This document shows, one piece after another, positions 51,808 to 60,800 of a stretch of 64,000 nt of DNA. Position 1 is the stretch's first letter. Each line of letters opens with the position of its first letter. Source of the DNA: Convolutriloba macropyga (taxonomy: Eukaryota); contig NC_134477.1 in assembly GCF_964194025.1 (NCBI RefSeq), positions 7,564,001 through 7,628,000 of the forward strand, read 5' to 3'. Made by a program: the position numbers and the translations under genes. The notes under the pieces are model-generated. The model made no database searches and had not been told where the DNA came from. It was given only the letters and a program-made list of their open reading frames with translations.

Positions 51808-53114
51808 TCGCTAATTTGTTACCATCAGAAGCAACTCACAGTTCTTTGGATTTATTCGAAAAACCTTCTCTTTTAATAACTTTCGATGGTAGTTTTTGTG
51901 AAAAGTTGGGCCCAGTCTACAGTCCAAATGGACCCATGTTAGAATTTGAAGTCGCCGGTGACCGAAATAATTTTATTGACTTACAGAAAATTTTCTTGGA
52001 AGTAAAATGTAAAATTGTCCAGTCATCAGAAGCTGATTTGAGATATGACGCAGGAGCAGCAACAGATGTTACGAAGACAGATGCTCCCTATTTTTGCAAT
52101 AATGTGTTACATTCACTCTTCTCTGACTGTACAGTGTCTGCTAATGGACTAAAAATTTCAAACGCTAACGGAAACTATGCACATAAAAGTTTTATTGAAA
52201 CAGAATTTTCACATAACAAAGATGCAAAAAACACCTGGTTGGCATGTCAGGGTTACTCCTACGAAGAAAATCCAGGAGCGCTGTCAACTGCGGAAGTGAA
52301 CAGAAGGAAAGCCTTAGTGAGGCAATCAGCTGAGTGCACATTCTACGGTAAAGTTGCAGTCGACTTTTTCACCTGTGACAGACATTTGCTAAGTGGTGTG
52401 ACACTTCGCATTGCATTTAGACGGTCAATAGATGATTTTGTTATAATGTCTGACGATGCTGCCAAGCACTACAAAGTAAAAATTGTCGAAGCTAATTTGT
52501 ATGTGCGCAAGATGACATTGAACGATGATGTTGTATCGGCTATTGAAAAAACTTTATTAACAAGTCCAGCTTCGTATCCCTACCTGGAGACTCTAACAAA
52601 AACGTTTCTGGCGTCAACGGGTCTCCACAGTTGGAAACAAGAAGATATTTTTGCCAGAGAACCGATTCGTAGACTAGCAATTTGTCTGAACACTAACGAA
52701 GCGTTTCTTGGTAACAACAGACAAAATCCATTTAATTTCCGCAAATTCAACCTTGAGCAGATTTATATTTATCGAAACGGTTTACCTGTGGCAGACAGTC
52801 CGATATCAACAAGTGATGACAAACGTCTTTACTTTAACACAATATCCGATTTAGCTTACATCGACAATGGTCATGGAATAAGTTTGACAGATTACCCAAA
52901 TCATTTCATAATGGTTTTTGATTTGACCAGCACCCAACAAGCATCCCACGATTTTATTCATCCTGAGCTCACAAATTCGTCAATTTCTATTGAGTTGAAA
53001 TTTTCTGCGGCCTTACCGAACAATATAGAAATATTCATTATTGGCGAAAAAGCTAGCACAATATTTGTTGATAGTGCAAGAAGGGTATCAAAGAATCACA
53101 TTCTGACAAATTAA
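51804..53114 (+). CDS. Major capsid protein (double jelly-roll, hexon-like), 436 aa
   Basis: SSLDLF, LEFEVAG...FIDL..IFLEVKCKI, NNVLHSLFS, YAHKSFIET, NPFNF and FDLT motifs of Polinton MCPs; intact ORF. Confidence 0.93.
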   Translation: MIANLLPSEATHSSLDLFEKPSLLITFDGSFCEKLGPVYSPNGPMLEFEVAGDRNNFIDLQKIFLEVKCKIVQSSEADLRYDAGAATDVTKTDAPYFCNNVLHSLFSDCTVSANGLKISNANGNYAHKSFIETEFSHNKDAKNTWLACQGYSYEENPGALSTAEVNRRKALVRQSAECTFYGKVAVDFFTCDRHLLSGVTLRIAFRRSIDDFVIMSDDAAKHYKVKIVEANLYVRKMTLNDDVVSAIEKTLLTSPASYPYLETLTKTFLASTGLHSWKQEDIFAREPIRRLAICLNTNEAFLGNNRQNPFNFRKFNLEQIYIYRNGLPVADSPISTSDDKRLYFNTISDLAYIDNGHGISLTDYPNHFIMVFDLTSTQQASHDFIHPELTNSSISIELKFSAALPNNIEIFIIGEKASTIFVDSARRVSKNHILTN

Positions 53115-53116
53115 TA

Positions 53117-53548
53117 ATGGATGAAGATGATATTAATGGTTTAATCCAAGGTTGCAAAACTCTTAAATATAAATTCCATGGTGTGTTTGCGGCCAACAAC
53201 TTTCCGGATAAAATGAACAGAAACAGCTTCCTTATTGTTAATGCAGCGACTGCTGAAAATATTGGCAGCCACTGGTTTTTATTATGCAGAAAAAACAATC
53301 AACTTTTGTTTGCCGATCCCCTTGGTCAGCCCATTTCATCGTACAAACACCTATATCAAAGAATTGTTTCCGTTGGCAGCAATCACAACATCTATCAACT
53401 CTTGGAGATTCAACCAATTCAAAGAGCAAACTCTAAACTTTGTGGACTTTTTTGTATTTATATTGCTCATTTTGTTTTCAATGCTCAAAAACTTGTAAAT
53501 ATTAGCGATAATGAATTGATTCGTTTCGCTTTTCATATGATGTTCTAA
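53117..53548 (+). CDS. Adenain-like cysteine maturation protease, 143 aa
   Basis: FHGVFAAN, catalytic GSHW, FADPLG and IQ...LCGLFC. Confidence 0.93.
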   Translation: MDEDDINGLIQGCKTLKYKFHGVFAANNFPDKMNRNSFLIVNAATAENIGSHWFLLCRKNNQLLFADPLGQPISSYKHLYQRIVSVGSNHNIYQLLEIQPIQRANSKLCGLFCIYIAHFVFNAQKLVNISDNELIRFAFHMMF

Positions 53549-53578
53549 CCTTACTAACTTGAGAAATTTATTTTTTTT

Positions 53579-54283
53579 TCAAAACTTTACTTTTTCTTCA
53601 TACACAAAGCGAACACTCAATAAATCAGAATCAATATTCAATTTTCCATATCCACTCATAAAAATATCCATAATTTGACAAAAAGCGCCAGAATGAGGAC
53701 CATACAAAATTGTTTCAACTCTTCGTAAAGTTTCACTATTAACAAAATCAGTTTGAACTTGTTTCGATGGAGGCCGGGCATTGTAGATAGTTTTTTGAGC
53801 AACTACTGGCATCTTGGCACTCGGTTTGAGATTGACATTTGTTTGTTTTGCAGAGCTGCTTTTCGATAAATTGTTGTGGTTAGCAAAAGCTGGCAGTCGT
53901 TTGCGCACTGACTGTGAATCGGTTTTTTCTCCCGAACCGTTGAATTCGATTGCCAATTTGAGTTTTGTAAAAACGTCTCCATTAGTCTCCAAGTTTGGTG
54001 CAGTCCAAAACAAGAATTTGAAAGCTGTATAAACACAAGGCACAGGAAAGCTCTGATATCGTTTCACTGTTTCGTTTTCAAAAGTAGTTGTATCAATCAG
54101 AACGTGATAATGACTGTTTACTAAATTGCAAAATTCGGAATCAAAATGTGCACACACTGCATAAAAATTTCCAATAGAAAAGCTAGGTTTTTCTTCAAGA
54201 ATGAGAAATTTGAACTGTTTCTGAAATTGTTTAAAGTAATTTGGAGAACGCTCAAACATCGCCTCAACCATCGTTGTTGGCAA
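53579..54283 (-). CDS. Accessory protein with an HUH-endonuclease-like N-terminal motif
   Basis: Intact 234-aa ORF; YAVCAHFD-x9-SHYHVLID. The function call is tentative. Confidence 0.6.
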   Translation of the reverse strand: MPTTMVEAMFERSPNYFKQFQKQFKFLILEEKPSFSIGNFYAVCAHFDSEFCNLVNSHYHVLIDTTTFENETVKRYQSFPVPCVYTAFKFLFWTAPNLETNGDVFTKLKLAIEFNGSGEKTDSQSVRKRLPAFANHNNLSKSSSAKQTNVNLKPSAKMPVVAQKTIYNARPPSKQVQTDFVNSETLRRVETILYGPHSGAFCQIMDIFMSGYGKLNIDSDLLSVRFVYEEKVKF

Positions 54284-54581
54284 CTTCTTTTTGAATTTTT
54301 GGTTTCTTCGCTAGTGGTGGTTTTGTTGTTGACAGCTGGTCAGCCACTGAGTTCTGTATTTTGCTAGCTGAGCTGACCAAATTTTCAAACTCTCCAAGAG
54401 TTAGAGAAATTCTCTGTTCAAACTCGTAATCGTCTGTTGCTTTTTTGAACAATTTCAGAAATACATATGTCCCTGTCCTTTCATAGGTTTTCAGCGTTGC
54501 TCTGATTAAGCGCTTATCAGTTTTGGAAATATCGAAATAACAATCTCCAAACTCTGTGTCTTTAGTGGACGTGAAAGGCAT
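54264..54581 (-). CDS. PC4/Sub1-like ssDNA-binding protein (105 aa)
   Basis: FDISK..RLIRATLKTY..TGTYVFLKLF...RISLTLGEFENL...I...V follows the PC4 strand/helix pattern (GISLxxEQWxxL); C-terminal NLS-like PLAKKPK. Confidence 0.65.
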   Translation of the reverse strand: MPFTSTKDTEFGDCYFDISKTDKRLIRATLKTYERTGTYVFLKLFKKATDDYEFEQRISLTLGEFENLVSSASKIQNSVADQLSTTKPPLAKKPKIQKEVANNDG

Positions 54582-54706
54582 AGTGTGCAACTTGTTTTAT
54601 TATTTTCAAGTGTTATAATGTGTAAAACTCCAACTCAATGGGGCGGCAAGTTGGGTTTAAACAAGTGTCGTCAAACTGCCTAATTAAATCCAAATGATTT
54701 GTGAAT

Positions 54707-54743
54707 ACAGGCTCAAGTACGCCTATGGCGTACTTGAGTCTGT
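54707..54743. other. 17-bp stem, 3-nt loop hairpin
   Basis: ACAGGCTCAAGTACGCC-TAT-GGCGTACTTGAGTCTGT; one G-T pair, otherwise perfect. Confidence 0.9.
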
Positions 54744-54796
54744 CTGTTGTTCACATATTGCATAATTAATTTCAGCTGTGACCTTAGATAAGACAA

Positions 54797-55101
54797 AAAA
54801 CATATGTGAACCTAGGTGTGTACTTGGACCAGCAGTGCACTGTACACTTTTTATTGGAATTATATGCGTACCATATGTTTTGAGAACACAAATGTGAGCC
54901 ACCCTGGTTGGGCATTTGAACAAGCAGTGCAGTGTACACTGTTTATTGATATTATATGCGGACCACATGTTTTGGTTCTATAGAGAAAACAGATGTGACC
55001 CTAGGTGTGTATTTGGACCAGCAGTGAAGTGTACACTGTTTAATGGAATTATATGCGGACCATATGTTTATAACTTGGAACAGATGTGACCCTGGGTGTG
55101 T
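54797..55101. repeat. Degenerate ~90-100-bp tandem repeat, about 3.3 copies, with internal palindromes
   Basis: Units at ~54800, ~54888, ~54990 and partial 55081: ATGTGA.CCTAGGTGTGTA.TTGGACCAGCAGTG...GTACACT...ATTATATGCG.ACCA.ATGTTT. Confidence 0.9.
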
Positions 55102-55499
55102 GATATAATTAGAAGCACAAGTGAACCTACAGCAGTAAGGAAATTCTGATAAGAATAAACATGCACCAGCGTACAATGAAATGCTAATAATAAAATACGC
55201 TCTGGATAAGAACTGAGTTAGTACACACTATAAAGTGTATCGACCCATGTATAATAACAAAATTTAGAGCATATATCAGAGCACATACACTACCAAAATT
55301 AAAACCATATTTGACCCCAGATATAATTTGTTGAATTACACGTTGTGCAATATTACTTTAAAAATAGTTATTCATTTTCTTTAAACCTTGCGTTCAGTGC
55401 ACTTTGCTTTCTTTCAACAGTTCGTTACCAGACAAACAACTACCAACAGTCTTCTATCAAATTGGTTTTAGTTTCTTTCTCAAAATTTGTACAAAAATT

Positions 55500-56195
55500 A
55501 TGTCCGTTCAAATACTTGCTGAATCTGTAATTTCCTTGGAGCGAACATTGGTTTATCAGACAGTGTTCGAAAACTTTGTTGTGCTTATTCAACAGAAGAG
55601 ACAAGGCGATGTTTGGCAAACTTACCAGCACTGCTTGATACCCAAGCTTTTCATTAACGCAATTGCTTCGTTACCAGAGAAGACAGAACCAGCAGATTGC
55701 AGTGTTATTACATCAGGAGGACATTTACCTCCAAAAACTTTGCCAACATTTCAACATCTTGGCATGGAGTCATTACCTGACGACGTTAAACGAATTTTGT
55801 TTCGTTACGATTGCGACTGTGTGCCTCTGTTTGAAAACCAGCTAGGGGCTTATCAGGCTTGCGAAAACTTAGCTGACATGTGGGGCATAAAGTCATCACC
55901 TTGCTCCCCAGAAAATCAATCCCAATTGGATTCAGCCAGCTTGCCAGTAACACCAGCAGTTGATCCGAGTCCCAGTTTGACACCGACATCTAGTCCATCT
56001 CTCTTTGCGGGAATTCACAAGAACAATTCTACGGCTCTGTTCAGTGACAACCAGTTTGATACAAAGTTACTGTCAGCTACACAATTTCAAACACCAGAAC
56101 CAGCACGTGTTTTTGGTGTCACAGACACGCCAAAGATTTGCAATGCACCAAAGAAACGGCTACCTGAGAATACTTTAATGGACTTATTTGATTAA
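55500..56195 (+). CDS. Accessory hypothetical protein (231 aa) with S/T-P-rich C-terminal half
   Basis: Intact ORF, first ATG at 55500, divergent from the PC4-like gene. Confidence 0.7.
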   Translation: MSVQILAESVISLERTLVYQTVFENFVVLIQQKRQGDVWQTYQHCLIPKLFINAIASLPEKTEPADCSVITSGGHLPPKTLPTFQHLGMESLPDDVKRILFRYDCDCVPLFENQLGAYQACENLADMWGIKSSPCSPENQSQLDSASLPVTPAVDPSPSLTPTSSPSLFAGIHKNNSTALFSDNQFDTKLLSATQFQTPEPARVFGVTDTPKICNAPKKRLPENTLMDLFD

Positions 56196-57722
56196 CTTGA
56201 AAACTAAACTTAATGGAGCACCACAAAACTTTTATGTAGTGAGATGCTAACTTGATTTTGTTTCAAGAATGTGTGATTTCAACTTTTTAAAAGCTGAATT
56301 TAACTTTTTAAATCTGTTTTATAGCTTTAAATCTGCTGAGTCAAAGAAATTAAAACATTGCTACTGATCAAGTTCGAACATGTTCAGAAAAGACTTTCAT
56401 TATAACGTAAACATTTGTTTCCTAACAAACACTCAATTATTACAACTACTATGACGTGGTGAGATTTTTCAATATTATATCCAGAAATACTTTTCCCAAT
56501 CTGCAAAACTTTTGTTATTATTATATACATTAAACATAAAGTTTAGAGATATAGCCATATATGAGAGTATGCGGTATTGACGCTAATAACATGTTAACTC
56601 CATGCCACAGCTGTAGCATGGATTGAATTCCAAATTCAATTCATAAGTCGAAGAACTGTTCAAAAAATAAAAAATAATCAAAGAAAATATTTCGAAAAAA
56701 TGCATTTCAAACGTCAAATTTTGACACTTAATTCAGTAGATGCCCTCTTCAGCTTACACTAGAATCAACTCTCATTTGTTACTTGGGGATCAATTGAAAA
56801 AAAAGAGCATGTTAGTTTGAAAAAAAAAGAAAAAAACTCAAAAAAAAAAATTTTTTTAACACATGACCTCTGACCTTTGACCCCAAAAAAGAGGGTTCCA
56901 AAAAATACTTGGGATGAAACTGATTGTTCAGTAAGACTCAGCATACTCTAAAGTACAAAACATCTCATCACACTCGTCAAATTTTACTCGTCCGTTATGG
57001 AGATAATTAGCCTCTAATTAACGACTAATTAAGGGTTAATTAACCTAATTACTAATTACTGAAAAAAAATTCAAAATTTTGCAACGGTTTTGTACTCACT
57101 GCTTGATGCCCGACATTATTGCTCATAAGGATCATCATCAAAAAACGGCTCCTTCACCGATTTTCGAAACATCTGGCAATTAATGTCACATTAACATCTG
57201 GCATTAATTAGCATATGAAGTACCCTAAGGAAAGATGTTAGATCGGTTTTCTTTAAATTTTTGGACTTATTGGGCCCTCAGTGTAAATTTATCTCATAAC
57301 AGCTGTCATCAAAAAAGGCCTCAGAAAAAAGACACATGTTTGTGTCATGTAACTGTCATGTAATTGTTAATTAATGACTTGATTGACAGAAAAACAAACT
57401 TTTTTTCTGTTTATTTTTGAGCAATTTTTTTATATGGGTCCTATGTTTTTCGGCACGGGGAGCAATTTTGCTCATCACACTTAAGAACGTAGGACAACTC
57501 TAACCATCCGTAATTGAAAATGCATAAAATAGCGCTTTTTATTACAATTTTGAATATTAGCATGTTTTTCCAGGTTCTCAAAAAAAGTTTTTTGACACAA
57601 ACGATGATCAGCAATACTCGGTAGGGTTCCCTGTGGTGGTATATTTTGGCATACGATTGCAATGGAGAGTTGAAAACACATCTTTTTCTCTCAAAAGTAA
57701 CAAAATTTCGAAATAAAGGTAT

Positions 57723-57775
57723 GCGCCAAAACCGACCAATCAGAAAACAGCATTTCAAAACTTCGAATTTGGCGC
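57723..57775 (+). promoter_or_regulatory. Candidate pPolB promoter: two inverted E2F sites, CCAAT box, CHR-like element
   Basis: GCGCCAAA 57723-30, CCAAT 57736-40, TTCAAA 57754-59, TTTGGCGC 57768-75; 120-170 bp upstream of the ATG. Confidence 0.55.
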
Positions 57776-57894
57776 CTATGCAGTACTGTAGTCTCTAATA
57801 CTGTAAACCCGAGAAACCATTTCTTGTTCATTCGTTTCTACTGTTCGTACTCGAGTTTAACAATTCGTTCTTACTAAAGTTAGACAATTCAAAA

Positions 57895-60800
57895 ATGGGT
57901 TTCCAGTGTCGTTATTGTGATTCTATTCTGAGTACAAAAGGAAATCGCTCCAGGCATGAGCATAAATTCCATCCTGATGAGATTGGTTTACCCGTATATC
58001 AATGCTCATTATGTGAGTTTACTTGTCGGAAGATTTCTTTGCTCGAAGAACACATGAAAACTGCACACCAACGATTCACCAATTGCTGTCAAAGCTGCCT
58101 ACTCGGATTCAACGATTGCCATCTTTACGTACAGCATATGACTTCCGTTCATCACTTACCCGTTCTAGGTGAACAATTTCAGCCTCGAGACACTCCGTTG
58201 GAAAGTGCATTCCATGGAGTACTGAGATCGTTCGAGTCAACAGCGGCCGAAGAGTCCAACGATCTCGAAAACTTTATGCGGATACAAAAACCCAAAATAG
58301 ACACTCTAATAAGTGAGCAGTTGACCCAGGGTCCTCAAAAAGTTCAACTGTGTGCAAAATTGCGGCTTGTCAAAGTTATGTATGATGAGCCAGATACGCC
58401 AGAAGATGACCGTATTGAAATATACGCAAACTCTTTGATGACTCCTGTCTATGCAAACGGACTGTCGGATGAAGCGTATTGGCAAATGGTGGAGAAGATG
58501 ATGAGCGTATTGACAACATTCAACTCTTTGGGGAGTGGTTGGACACTCGAAAAAGTTCTCAAAGTTGACGTCAAATTCGCACGTTTCAGACCAATTCTTG
58601 GTTCATCATACATCGCGTTGCCGTCAGAAATTGCCAACTGCAGAGGATTGCTCAACGTTAGGAACCACGAAGATCGAGATTGCTTCAGGTATTGTTTTGT
58701 GGCCGCTTATCACATGTATCATCAGATAAGTTTAGATAGAATTGATCGTAACTATCAAACCGACAAAACTTCACCAACTACATACAATCAACCAGGACTG
58801 CATCAACCTCTGGGCGATTTTACTATGCCCATGGGCTTTGCAGACATTCCTCAATTTGAAAAACTCAACAACGTTCAGGTAAACGTGTTTGGATACGATA
58901 ACGGCCAGTTTTTCCCTCTAAAAATTTCGTCATACAGCTCAGATTTTGTAATGGATTTACTTTTGCTGTACGACTGTGACCGTCATCACTACGTCCTGAT
59001 TACAAACCTGGTGAAGGTTGTTTGCTACGTGCGAGGATTTGATTACAGATTCTCCTACAAAATTTGTCGAAACTGGTTTTTGATTTGTCGAGAAGGACTT
59101 GAAGGTTACAACCTACATCTCAATAACTGTTGCAAAAATGCGCCTGCTGTTATTCATATGCCTTCAAGTGAGAACAACTCATACAAATTCACGAACTTGG
59201 CTGCTACATGGTTTGTCCCTCTTGTTATCTATTTTGACTTCGAGTCTTTCTTACGACCCGTGTCTTCTTGCAAGGGACCAAGTGATAAAGCCTTTACACA
59301 GGTCAAGGAGATACATGAACCGTGTGGCTTTGCGCTAACAGTGATAGATCACCACTCATCAAGGCCAATCTTTCATCATGTAGACAGTTCTCCTGCTTGC
59401 ATGACAAATTTTGTCAAAATGCTTCACAAACTAGCCAGAGATATTCATCAGCAGAAAAGGAAGCACCCTTTCTTCAAAGGCGATAGACGAAACTTGGGAA
59501 AGTCTAACGCTACGCACTGTTGGATTTGTGAAAAATCGTTTTCAGAAACGGAAGATCCAGAGAACACAATTGACCTGGACCATTGCCACTACAGTGGTAA
59601 ATTCTTGGGATGGGCACATGAGAAATGCAATCGCTTGAGACGAAATATCAATTTCACCCCTGTTGTGGGTCATAATATTCAAAATTATGACTTACATCAC
59701 ATTTGCTTGGCACTGAATAACTGCGAGCCAACCACAACCATCAGCGTCATACCAGCCACCGACGAAAAATACATATCAATGACATTTGGTGTGCTTATTG
59801 ACACTTTCGTAACGGAAAAGGGAAAAACAGTGAAAGTTTACGAATATCTTCGATTCATAGACTCCTTCAAGATGATGAACAGTTCTTTAGAGAAACTTGT
59901 TGAAATTTTACCCGATGACCGTTTCGAAATAATGGGGGCAATGTTTTCTACATTATCTGATGCTAACCTTCAGCTACTTAAACAGAAAGGCTACTACCCT
60001 TACTCTTATGTGACTAGTCGGTCCAAGTTCAGTGACACCAGTCTACCGCCACTGAACAAGTGGGGTAACACTCTGGACGGAGGGGCAGTGAAGGTAACGG
60101 AGACTAATTTACAACATGCACGCAGGATGTGGGAAATTCTGGAATGTGGAACACTGCAGGACTATCATGACTCATACTTGAAGCTCGACTGTGCACTACT
60201 CGCATGTGTTTGCGAATTCCATCGACAGTTGAGTTTCGATACGTATAAACTGGACTGTATGCACTTCTTCACCCTACCCAATATGGCTAAGGAAGCATCA
60301 CTTAGAATCTGCAAAGCCAATGTCGAGTTACTGACTGAGCGCGACCACTTGGACATGATTGAACCCGCAATTCGCGGTGGAGTCACATCTGTCTTTGAAA
60401 GTCGGCGCTTCACTGCAAATAACTCCTATATTCCTAACCATGATAGCACGGAGGAATCCTGTTTTGGATTCTGTGTCGACGCTAATAACCTTTATGGTGG
60501 CGTAATGCAATTAGAGAAACTACCGCTCGCCGAATTTGCGTTCAACACAGATATTCAACTTCAAGAGATTTTGGACACCGCCGATGACGCTAGCATTGGA
60601 TACTTTGTAGAGGTCGATATCTCTTATCCGCCGAGCCTTCATGATGAGCATCGCGATTTTCCGTTGGCACCCACAAAAGACATGGTTGAAGATGAGTGGT
60701 TGAGCGATTACCAGATCGAATTAAAAGAACAACACAATCTCCCATCTTCCAAAGTAAAGAAACTCCTGCAAACGTTCTTTGATAAAGAGAGATACGTGGT

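Noticed and set aside
54797-55101. Repeat array as CRISPR or tRNA genes
   Set aside because: Units are degenerate along their whole length with no unique spacers; no convincing cloverleaf or canonical A/B boxes.
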